Positions 37,401 to 46,170 of a stretch of 64,000 nucleotides of DNA are shown piece after piece (position 1 is the first letter of the stretch; every line of letters starts with the position of its first letter). The translations under genes were made by a program, and so were the position numbers. Below the pieces are notes generated by a model that saw only the letters and a list, made by a program, of their open reading frames with translations, did not search any database and was not told the origin of the DNA. The stretch covers positions 42,794,182 through 42,858,181 of the forward strand of contig NC_068985.1 of NCBI RefSeq assembly GCF_001194135.2, given 5' to 3'. This DNA is from Octopus bimaculoides. Taxonomy: Eukaryota.

Positions 37401-39846
37401 ATTTCAAATATGAATACCAGAGGGAGCAAGTCCTGCAATAAAAAAAAAAGGAAAATACAGAGATTTAAGGTAAATTTAAGGCACAAGGCTTCAACAAGTG
37501 AAGAAAGATAAACCCCAGTACACAACTGGTACTTTATCTTATTGTCCCTGGTAGGATGAAAAACAAAATCAACTTTAGCAGGATTTAAAATAAGATAGTA
37601 AGTAGCCGTAAATAAATATTAAAAAGATAAATACATATAAAACATAATTTTTTTTAATGTAAAGAAGGTTTAAAGTGCAGAGTTTACTTCCATATTTATA
37701 GCATTAAAATATTTCTTTCTCAATGGTAGTCTTCTATTCCAAGTGACATTCTCAGATGGATAATCTGGAGTCTCTAATGTTAGGTGAATTGATATGTTTA
37801 GTAAAATGATAACACTACCCAAAAACACAATAGTAGTTTGGGAGTTAAGAGCCATAACAATGGTACCCAATAAACAGAAACCTTTGATTTTTTTTTATTT
37901 CTGTTAAAAGATGGAGATGATAGATTATTTCTGTTCATTTAAATGATACATGACATCATTCCTTTTAAAGATTAAGGTGACATCCACCTATATAAAAGTT
38001 AACAGGTGACATTCATCTATATAAAGGTGACAGGTGACATTTGTCCATATAAAAGTGAGAGGTGACATTTGTCCATACAAAGGTGACATCTGTCCATACA
38101 AAGGTGGCATCTGTCCCTACAAAGGTGACAGGTGGCATCTGTCCCTACAAAGGTGACAGGTGGCATCTGTCTATACAAAGGTGACAGAAGGCATCTGTCC
38201 ATACAGAGGTGACAGGTGACATCTGTCCATACAAAGGTGACAAGTGGCATCTGTCCCTACAAAGGTGACAGGTGGCATCTGTCCCTACAAAGGTGACAGG
38301 TGGCATCTGTCCCTACAAAGGTGACAGGTGGCATCTGTCCATACAAAGGTGACAGGTGGTATCTGTCTATACAAAGGTGACAGGTGGCATCTGTCCCTAC
38401 AAAGGTGACAGGTGGCATCTATCTCTACAAAGGTGACAGGTGGCATCTGTCCATAGAAAGGTGACAGGTGGCATCTGTCTATACAAAGGTGACAGAAGGC
38501 ATCTGTCCATACAGAGGTGACAGGTGACATCTGTCCATACAAAGGTGACAAGTGGCATCTGTCCCTACAAAGGTGACAGGTGGCATCTGTCCCTACAAAG
38601 GTGACAGGTGGCATCTGTCCATACAAAGGCGACAGGTGGCATCTGTCCATACAAAGGTGACATGGGTCTACATAAAGGTAACAGGTGACAACTGGCCACA
38701 TAAAAGTGACAGGTGGGAATTGTCCATATAAATTTATAGGCTAAAGAGACCCATCTATCCAGTAAAAAATGAGGCCAAGGACTGAATCAATTAACCAGTT
38801 AACTCATGAAGAATGACAAAAAGTTAATTATAGTTAATTAATTAGAGTAAATTAATTACAGTAGACAATATCATGTAACATTACCCGAATTTGGATACGA
38901 GCACTTTCCACTCCAGATGGTTGGCCAGCAATAGAAACCTGAAGGATAAATAATTAAAAAGTAATTAATGGATTAAATATATTGTAATGAGTTTGCATTG
39001 AGGCAGGTGTATATGCAATGTGTGCATGTGAGTGTATATGTGTGATACATACACACAGATATATATGTGTGTGCGTATAAATATATATATATATTCACAC
39101 ACACGCACACAGACATACATATAGAGGGAGAAGGAAAGGGAATGAGAGGGAGAGAGGGAACATGTGAGTAGATGTGAGAGAAATAGAGACAAGACATGTG
39201 TCAGTGTATGTAAGCATGGGTGTACGGAATTTCCTTGGAACTATTTGTCATTGGAAGTAATATTTGCCATGTAAATTCAAAGAACAAAGATTCCTTTTAA
39301 AGTTTCAAAATGAAAATAGACATGTTTGTGAGTTACGATTAAAGAGTACAGATGGAAGTGATGCTTCAATGAGGCTCACTATCAGATACAGCATATCTAC
39401 CTATCAAGAACTTGGAAACACTGGACTTTGTAGTTCACCCAGATTAATCTAGCGAACTGAAATATGACTTATAAATAATCAGAAAATGGAGAGGCAAGAG
39501 TTATTCTACTAGCAATACATTGAATAAAAGTCATCCATGTTTTAACCCTTTGCCTGTCCAAAGCATTTTCATAAGTTTATCCTAAACATCCATATTTGTT
39601 TCCAGACTTTTAATTAGCCCTAGCTTCATATGCTCCGAGTAATAAAAAGCTTTCCTTTCATAAGTCCTAACCTACTCTTGTGGTTGGAAATATTTTTTCT
39701 CCGTGTTTTTCTCCTTATTATTTCTGTTGAAGAGCGTAGCTCGAAACATTAAAGACTTTCTCTATTCCCGAGCGTTAAACTAATACATCCTTTTGTTGTT
39801 TACACCACCTGTCCTCGTCTGTTGTTGTTTTTTTTCGTAAATTCTC

Positions 39847-39907
<61 letters not shown>

Positions 39908-42900
39908 TATATACATATATAGATATATATATATATTCACATATACATATACATACATATATAGATATATGTTTGTGTGTGCGTGTGTGTGTGCTTATTA
40001 AACATATGCATGTAAATTTACATGCTTTTGTTTTATAAACACATTGTGCATGTGTATGTATGTGTTTGTGCATAAATGCTAAGAGTAACATCAAATATAG
40101 CAGATATGACTGGAGGTTTATTTTTGCTTAGCACAGCTAAAAATAGAAAGTTTTCACATCACCATAGGTTGGTAAAAAAATATTTTCGTTGCCATAGAAA
40201 CAGTAAACTTCAGTCAACAGTTGAGTTTAGAAATATTATTAATAGCTTCATACAAGGCTATTTGGGAAATGATGGTACACGAACACATACACACACATCA
40301 CACACAGTCACAACCACACACAATCATACAATCTACAAGGCAGATCTTTCAAAGTCATCTGAAATTCATTAAGGACCTTACCTGTTGTGTAGACAGAAAT
40401 TGTTGTGTAATATAGACAAGTTAGAAACAGCTGAGGAATAATCTTGCCAAATAAATTATTTTATCATTTTATTAGAGTAGTGTTAGTTATCTTTGGACCG
40501 ACATATGTCAATGAATTACTTAACCAAATATTTGGAGAAATCCACAATTCTATCACAGAATACATTGTGTTCACAGTTTAGTTCCAGACTATGCTGGAAT
40601 GAATGGCAAACCACAGAGACCCATTAATGAAGATGCACCATATTTTAATGTAGTTTGCAATTATGACAATTTAAGTGGAGAATCTAATTCACCCAACGTT
40701 TGGGTACATGTAGTGGAGACCACTCTGTTGTAAGCATATAAACTGTCTCTAGTTTTAATAAAACTCAGTAGCTTGATATACAACACAGCTTCCTATAGTA
40801 CCATACCTTACATAATGCCACTGTTTGTCAGAGAGTACAAATGGAAGTGATGCTTCCATGAAGCTCACTATCAGATACATCATATCTACCTGTTGAGGAC
40901 TTGGAAACACTGGACTTTGTAGTTCACCCAGATTAATTTAGTGAACTAAAATATGACTTATAAATAATCAGAAAATGGAGAGGCAAGAGTTATTCTACTA
41001 GCAATACAGTGAATAAAAGTCATCCATGTTTTAACCCTTTGCCTGTCCAAAGCATTTTCATAAGTTTATCCTAAACATCCATATTTGTTTCCAGACTTTT
41101 AATTAGCCCTAGCTTCATATGCTCTGAGTAATAAAAAGCTTTCCTTTCATAAGTCCCAACTTACTCTTGTGGTTGGAAAAAATTGGGTTGTGTATCATAT
41201 ATGATGTATGGACACCAGGGAAATATGCCTTGTGTATCCCATGTGATACACAGGACAAGCAAAGGGTAAATATAATATCAGTGGACTACATAAAATACAA
41301 TATATCATCAAACACAGAACAGAGCTATAAATATTTACAACTGTAGCAAATATAGTAAAACAGAAAAAGAAATTTCAAATTAAGTTAGATTCTCTTTGGA
41401 ACATTAATATAAAACAGTGCAATTGGAATGATAATCAAGTATGATCATAGAGAATGTGAAAAATTAAAGACAACTCACCTGGTTGCTTTTTTCTTGGACA
41501 TTATTGCCACGATTAGAATCTGGGAAATGAATATGGCAGCCTGTTCCTTGCATGACTTTCTTGATGTTGTTACCACCTTTTCCAATAACATGAGAGTGGT
41601 CAGTGTGAGAGACATCCATTTTCAGTGTAACCCGATTACCCTGGAGTGTGAAATGATAAACAATATAATTCAGTTACCCCTTAAACCCCTTCTGTTGAAA
41701 TACACTACCTTTGTTTCCATTAATTTTGAAAATAATGAAGGATTTAAGTAAATAACTATTATTAAGCTGGTGTTTGAAACAAATTAACATGAAATTTTGA
41801 TGGAAGATTTTAATTTAGATCAATTTAAAATTGGAAGTTTGTGTCATAGAACCAGAAGTTGTCTCAACAATTTGATATCAAAAGGTGAAATGGTGAAGGC
41901 ACATGGTTTGGGCTCACAATCATGAGGTAGTGAGTTCGATTCCTGGACAGGGCTGTGTGGTGTGTTCTTGAGCAAGACACTTTATTTCATGTTGCTCCAG
42001 TTCACTCAGCTGTAGAAATGAGTTGCGACATCACTGGTGCCAAGTTGTATTGGCCTTTGCCTTTCCCTTGGATAACATTGGTGGCATTGAGAAAGGAGGC
42101 TGGGATGCATGGATGACTGTTGGTCTTCCATAGACAACCTTCCCCAGACTTGTGCCTCAGAGGGGAACTTTCTAGGGGCAATCCCATGATCATTCATGAC
42201 CAAGGGGGGTCTAAACCCTAATGTGAAATGAAAAAAAGTTTCTTTTTTTATGTGCTGGGTCAGAAGGAAGGGACAGTACGTATGGTCTTTTAAGGCCTTC
42301 CTAGACTAGTGAGATTGGTATCATTAATATTTCTCTTGAATTTTGTAAACCAACACCTACAAGAAAGCTATAAGCAAGAAGGAAATTCCAGAGGGCTAAT
42401 GTTGTGGAAAGGAAGAACTAGGCAGAGTAATTAGTGTGCAGGGCTAGGAAAGGATTTGGACACAAAGGTGATGAGAGGAGGAGAGGCAAGTGGGATGAGA
42501 ATGCCTGAGTGGAGGTGGCATGGGCTAAGTCAACTCTGAGGAGTCTAGGCTATTATAGTAGAAGTTGAAAAGGCAGAGAGAAGAAATATAACAGCCTATG
42601 GCACATAAGCTGGAGTATGTTTGTGAACGACTTAATATCAATCAGTGGACATTGGCCCAGGATGTCTATGAGCAGCAGCATTGTCCCAGACATGAGAGCA
42701 ATACTCCATTGTAAGCTGCAACTGAGCTTTGTAGAGTATTCATTAATTATTGGATGCTAGAGTAGCTTCTGGTCCTGAAGAGAAGGACCAGTAATTAGGA
42801 CGTAGTCCTAGATTTGTTAAGAATGCACTTTTACAAGGTGAGACCGTCAGTGATAGTGAAATCCAAAAGTTGGATAGATTTTGAGGGCTGTAGCTGAGTG

Positions 42901-45273
42901 CTGCTTATTAAGAGGGTGTCAGACAACGATGTTTTCATAACATGAGTAGTATTTTTGTTTTGCTGCTGGATCTATTTTATGGACCCTTACTGGTGGTCAT
43001 TGTGGTTAATACGAACAGTATAATATATTTTAGGGTTGTTTTTAAAACTGAAAATACCAAAGGACTTTTCAGTGAACACATTTTACTGTCAGATACAACA
43101 ATAGATATAATCTATCTTAAACCAACAATCTAATGAGGAGCTGTTCTAGTATTTCTTTAAATACTCCACATACTTAACATGCTTTCTCAGTTACCTTATT
43201 TACAACATTTATCTGATACCGACATAAGAAAAGCCACTAATGTTTTGTTGCCATTATTTATTTATCCTGTGTCTCTGTTTCTCACAGCCACATTAACCCT
43301 TTTGGTATCAACCTGCTGGAGACTGCTCCTAGTTCTATGGTATAACTTACAGCTTGAAAGTGATCTAAATGAAAAACTTTCCATCAAAATTCCATGTTAA
43401 TTTATGTTCCAAAGACCAAGTCAGTAATCAAATTCTTTCATTATATTAAAAATTAAGTGAAACAAAAACAGTGTATTTCAACAAAAATATGGTAACAAAA
43501 TGGTTAAACTATTCTTTGTGGAGTATGTTCCCATATCATCATCATGTAACGTCCATTTTCCAAAGGTTATAAATTACAATATGATTTATATTGTCACCTG
43601 ATGTCTCCATTTACCATTGTCTTTAGTTCTTGCTGCCATGTTTATGGTCACTTATTTGTAAGACCTAAGTATTTGATTTTTATTCTTATATTTTCCTTCA
43701 AACCTTGTTTTCTTATAGATAGAATTAATAGAATTATCATTAGTAGTAGTAGTAGTAGAGAGAATTTTTCAATTAGTTTCTATCTTCCTGTTTCCATATC
43801 AAATGAAATGGTTGTACTCCACTCCTCTTCTTACAAAGTCACCATCAAAATTACCACTACAAGCAACAATAAAGAGCTGTTATACATGTGAACACATACA
43901 TACCTTTGTATCTAAGATGCTCATTATTTTATCTTTGGCCACTTTGACATCATTTTGCATCCCAATTACCTTAATGTGAGGATCTAGAAAGACAAACAAA
44001 GAGACAATGCAATTACATATAATGTATCATAGAATAATTATAAACATGTAAATTTGTTTTATCAAACTGACTGTTGGACTGCTATAATACAATAGCATAC
44101 CCATGCTGCCAATAATGAAAGCAAATATATTTATTGCATTTAAATGTATTGAAAATGAAGCTACAACATAAAAAAAACTAAATTTACTTCTTAAGATAGA
44201 TAGTTATAAGCTGTAATAGATTTTGTGCTGCATAAACTTGGTGAAGAGAAAAAAAAACATTTTTTCAGTTCAATATTTACTTTGACAGTTTACAAACATT
44301 ATCCAAGGAATAACTGCAATAAAATTGTAATTATCTCACTTTGTGTGGCAGGAAATACAACAGCATTTATCATAAGAGTGATTGAACATTAAATATCAAA
44401 TATATTGGCCACTACAAGATATAAACCTCTTCTGTCAGTCTACGATGAATTAATGAATTAGGATATAAAAATATGAAGAGAACATTTGATCTGATTGTTG
44501 TTGCTTAATCCCTGATTGAGAAGACCTGTGATCAACATTTTATTTTGCATATCAGGATATATGAGGATTTGCTGAAAAGTTCCTGGTTTTGGCAAAAAGA
44601 AAATACAGGAGGATCAGTTAATTATGATTTTATTCACCATATTCCCCTCTCAGATTCACACACTTATTGCAGTGGTCCTTCAATTTTTCTACGCCCTGTA
44701 AAAGAACTTGGATGGTTGGGCCTCCAGCCAGGCCTTTCACGATACCCTTAAAGCCAGGAACTTTTCAGCACCCCCTTGTAAATTATTTATTGTAATTTCC
44801 TTTATTTAATTTACTGGGGTGTGATTTGAAGGTGATTTCTAACAGGTCCACAGACCATGTAGCACCTCCCATCTTAGCGATACAATCAAGTCTCAATCAG
44901 GCCCAACCTAGGGTTAAACAACAACAGTTATTTTTAATATTGGTTTCAAATTTTGGCATACGGCCAGCAATTTCAGAAGGGAGAAGTCGATTGCATCAAT
45001 CCCAGTGCTTAACTGATACTTATTTTATCAACTATGAAAGGATGTAAGGCAAAGTCAAACTTTACAGAGTTTGAACTCAGAATGTAAAGGCAGATGAAAT
45101 GTTAAGCATTTAGTCTGGCACAGTAATGATTCTGCCAGCTCATCACCTTAACTATTTTTAATATTTGAACGTAAATGATATTAGACATTATAATGATAAA
45201 TACCTTTTTTAGATTTAGCTCCAATCTTCAGTTTTGATGGCCACGTAACTTCTGTATTAGTTTCTTTCATAAT
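11263..45273 (-). CDS. BICC1: Bicaudal-C (BICC1/BicC) KH- and SAM-domain translational repressor; 18 coding exons in the window, 5' end missing
   Basis: Joined exons give [125 protein letters not shown] and C-terminal SGRW*, all hallmark BICC1 segments. Total 2391 nt, frame continuous. Confidence 0.97.
12142..12241 (-). CDS. BICC1: BICC1 SAM domain exon ([33 protein letters not shown])
   Basis: tttttcag|ATT acceptor, ACAG|gtgagt donor; SAM motif. Confidence 0.96.
14041..14200 (-). mobile_element. SINE family A, truncated copy
   Basis: (cat)n-cgtttaacgtccgctttccatgctagcat matches 1-233 reversed. Confidence 0.85.
14332..14683 (+). mobile_element. Helentron/HINE-like non-autonomous element; inverted copy at 50985-51300
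   Basis: subterminal inverted motifs acctccacc / ggcagaggt, (gttt)n near the 5' end and a short 3' stem-loop; second copy on the opposite strand. Confidence 0.55.
14698..14905 (+). mobile_element. SINE family C (tRNA-like head, core gttctgagttcaaatt..gactttgcctttcatcctt..gataaaataagtaccag)
   Basis: Same core at about 20390-20600(+), 32010-32280(+), 32905-33120(-), 34045-34255(+), 44945-45150(-), 51885-52070(-), 52655-52872(-) and 53430-53580(-). Confidence 0.8.
15213..15358 (-). CDS. BICC1: BICC1 exon, SAM N-terminal half ([22 protein letters not shown])
   Basis: tttttcag|TT acceptor, GAG|gtaacg donor. Confidence 0.96.
16293..16407 (-). CDS. BICC1: BICC1 linker exon ([16 protein letters not shown]...SSPKKR)
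   Basis: ttcatag|CAA acceptor, AGAT|gtaagt donor; phases 0-1 fit. Confidence 0.88.
17606..17918 (-). mobile_element. SINE family A, young copy
   Basis: about 3 differences from 1-233 over ~220 bp; bounded by (TA)n. Confidence 0.9.
18306..18463 (-). CDS. BICC1: BICC1 exon ([28 protein letters not shown]...)
   Basis: conserved PTNTWSGxGFSKS motif; ttattag|CA acceptor, CAA|gtaggt donor. Confidence 0.95.
19913..20290. other. two adjacent long hairpins (~72-bp and ~56-bp stems)
   Basis: arms ~19914-19986 / ~20027-20100 and ~20161-20216 / ~20229-20284 are reverse complements with about 4-5 mismatches each. Confidence 0.9.
21039..21211 (-). CDS. BICC1: BICC1 exon ([10 protein letters not shown]...[11 protein letters not shown])
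   Basis: conserved APGSER and DYExxKLLATK motifs; GT-AG sites. Confidence 0.94.
21754..21895 (-). CDS. BICC1: BICC1 linker exon ([14 protein letters not shown]...GELASSL)
   Basis: tattccag|CT acceptor, CA|gtaagt donor; supplies the phase 1-2 link needed between 24136 and 21211. Confidence 0.82.
24136..24321 (-). CDS. BICC1: BICC1 linker exon ([10 protein letters not shown]...TNTDQ)
   Basis: atttccag|TT acceptor, CAAG|gtaaac donor; open frame, phase 1-1. Confidence 0.82.
24529..24920 (+). mobile_element. SINE family B (tRNA-like head, central (TG)n, conserved 3' part), best-preserved copy
   Basis: gtggctgt.tggtaagtagcttgc..ggttcagtcccactgcgtggcacc head with A/B-box-like motifs. Related copies at about 1990-2200(-), 10352-10710(+), 15620-15800(-), 23537-23885(+), 31571-31950(+), 34365-34660(-), 52895-53200(+), 56938-57365(+) and 60780-61030(-). 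Confidence 0.85.
26215..26316 (-). CDS. BICC1: BICC1 Ser/Pro-rich linker exon ([22 protein letters not shown]...WVAPPP); alternative acceptor possible at 26337
   Basis: CCAA|gtgagt donor; two in-frame AG acceptors 21 nt apart. Confidence 0.8.
26577..26825 (+). repeat. three tandem copies of an ~82-bp internal segment of MITE family 1
   Basis: agatctggcctttcacacct..ctacaatgtcattct..aagcttat.agat x3. Confidence 0.85.
26985..27159 (-). CDS. BICC1: BICC1 KH-like exon ([25 protein letters not shown]...)
   Basis: matches the BICC1 [18 protein letters not shown] motif; CTAG|gtaagt donor. Confidence 0.95.
27410..27662. other. imperfect inverted repeat with ~100-bp arms and an 8-nt spacer
   Basis: 27436-27535 vs reverse complement of 27544-27643 aligns nearly without gaps at roughly 70-75% identity. 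Confidence 0.9.
28218..28291 (-). CDS. BICC1: BICC1 KH-like exon ([24 protein letters not shown])
   Basis: matches [20 protein letters not shown]; GT-AG sites. Confidence 0.96.
29133..29390. mobile_element. hAT-type MITE
   Basis: TIRs tagtgattctcaacca / tggttgagaaccactg; TSD not clearly preserved. Confidence 0.65.
29630..29687 (-). CDS. BICC1: BICC1 exon ([19 protein letters not shown])
   Basis: matches [10 protein letters not shown]; ttttttag|GGA acceptor, CCTG|gtaagt donor. Confidence 0.96.
29781..30008 (+). repeat. 26-bp minisatellite, ~9 units
   Basis: consensus caggatgacagtcacaatacaacata; units phased at 26 bp. Confidence 0.85.
30691..30897. other. assembly gap flanked by (TA)n
   Basis: N run. 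Confidence 1.
32116..32204. other. assembly gap inside a family C SINE (G-run)
   Basis: N run. Confidence 1.
36129..36341 (-). CDS. BICC1: BICC1 KH3 exon ([43 protein letters not shown]...QARQQLI), phase 0-0
   Basis: KH fold motif; ctcctttag|GTAAGT acceptor, ATT|gtgagt donor; 71 codons. Confidence 0.93.
36805..37210 (+). repeat. 34-bp minisatellite, ~11 units, in phase with the exon 37199 splice donor
   Basis: unit starts at 36932, 36966, 37031, 37065, 37099, 37133, 37167 and 37201; consensus ctccaacatgacatattaaccatcatggtcacac. Confidence 0.88.
37199..37432 (-). CDS. BICC1: BICC1 KH-like exon ([11 protein letters not shown]...[11 protein letters not shown]), phase 0-0
   Basis: ttattgcag|GAC acceptor, GGT|gtgagt donor; 78 codons. 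Confidence 0.93.
37960..38735 (+). repeat. 28-bp minisatellite with an 11-unit higher-order repeat
   Basis: unit gacaggtggcatctgtcc(a/c)tacaaaggt; variant block recurs at offset 308 bp (38161 and 38469). Confidence 0.95.
38885..38938 (-). CDS. BICC1: BICC1 exon ([18 protein letters not shown]), phase 0-0
   Basis: matches VSIAGQPAGVESAR; GT-AG sites. Confidence 0.96.
39343..41179 (+). repeat. 348-bp direct repeat pair (39343-39690 and 40832-41179)
   Basis: agagtaca.atggaagtgatgc ... tactcttgtggttggaaa aligns without gaps. Confidence 0.95.
39691..39850 (+). mobile_element. Penelope-like terminal fragment followed by (TA)n
   Basis: T-rich tail with tgaagagcgtagctcgaaac motif; degenerate reverse copy at 10540-10615. 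Confidence 0.4.
41479..41640 (-). CDS. BICC1: BICC1 KH2 exon ([44 protein letters not shown]...EKSNQ), phase 0-0
   Basis: canonical GKGG loop; CAG|gtgagt donor. Confidence 0.98.
41674..41889 (-). mobile_element. piggyBac-type MITE family 2, inverted copy ~30 nt from a BICC1 acceptor
   Basis: reverse-complement similarity to 43293-43507 and 25637-25860. Confidence 0.7.
42420..42950 (-). mobile_element. degraded LINE ORF2 relic (region after the RT domain)
   Basis: minus-strand translation [20 protein letters not shown] at ~42680-42738 resembles the LYK...EYCSxxW motif of CR1/L2/Jockey-group ORF2; stops present. Confidence 0.6.
43293..43507 (+). mobile_element. piggyBac-type MITE family 2 (TTAA-CCCTTTTG termini)
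   Basis: ttaa-cccttttggtatcaacc ... ggtaacaaaatgg-ttaa; related copies at 25637-25860(+), 32469-32695(+) and 41674-41889(-). Confidence 0.75.
43904..43983 (-). CDS. BICC1: BICC1 KH1 exon ([27 protein letters not shown])
   Basis: tttctag|AT acceptor, AAG|gtatgt donor. Confidence 0.96.
44560..44780. mobile_element. Tc1/mariner-type MITE
   Basis: TA-flanked TIRs of ~30 bp sharing tgctgaaaagttcctgg / ccaggaacttttcagca. Confidence 0.8.
45204..45273 (-). CDS. BICC1: BICC1 KH1 exon ([23 protein letters not shown]), the most 5' exon found
   Basis: ctgttcag|ATT acceptor, AAAG|gtattt donor. Confidence 0.97.
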
Positions 45274-45549
45274 CTGAACAGAGAAATAAATAAATTAAAT
45301 AATATGCATAAATACTAAAACACATACGTATATATAATATGCAATGAGTAAAGAGTATGGGAGAGTTAGGAATGCCAAAGTAAGTCCTGTGTGGAGGAAT
45401 ACTAAATGCGTCATATTTGGTAAATAGGAACTGTCTGTATTTCAAGTATAACATTAAGATTCTGATGATGATTGTATAGAATAACGACCAGGGGTTGAAA
45501 CTCACAGCCATTAGATTATTGTTAAGCCTCTGGTGAGTCACAGACTCTA

Positions 45550-46170
45550 GAACAGTGATGCAAAAGTGGATTAAAGTAGTACTGGGTTAATGAAAAGATG
45601 ATTATTGCAGTAGCGGATTAATGAAGAAATGGATTATTGCAGCAGTGGATTAATGAAGAAATGGATTGTTGCAGTAGTGGATTAATTGTGATGTAAAGTA
45701 GATTAATAAAACGGTGATGCAAATTGGATTAATGAAGCAATGAATTAATAGTGATATAAACTGGATTTATGATGTAGTAGATTAATAGTGATGTAAGGTG
45801 TATGAATGAAGCAGTGAATTAATAGCAATATAACATGGATTAAAGTAGCATTGGATTAATGAAGAAGTGGATTATTGTGGCAGTAGATGAATTGTGATGT
45901 AAAGTAGATTAATAAAACAGTGATGCAAAGTGGATTACTAAAGTAGTGAATTAAAAGTGATGCAAAGTGGATTACTAAAGTAGTGAATTAAAAGTGATAT
46001 AAAATGGATTAAAGATGCAATAGATTAACAGTGATGTAAAGTGGATGAATGAATCAGTGGATTAATAGCAATATAAAGTGGATTAAAAAAAGACTGATGC
46101 AAAATGGATTAATGAATAATTAATAATAGAGATATAGAGTAATTTTTGTAGCAATAGAATAATAAAGTAT
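45550..46170 (+). repeat. degenerate minisatellite with core (a)gtggattaat / gtgatg(c/t)aaagt
   Basis: many visible repeats of the core. Confidence 0.85.

Noticed and set aside
38017-38701. Cys/His-rich ORFs (MDRCHL repeats) resembling metal-binding proteins
   Set aside because: Translations of the 28-bp minisatellite inside a BICC1 intron; no independent gene structure.
37960-38735. regularly spaced repeats as a CRISPR array
   Set aside because: Units are contiguous with no unique spacers, in an animal intron.
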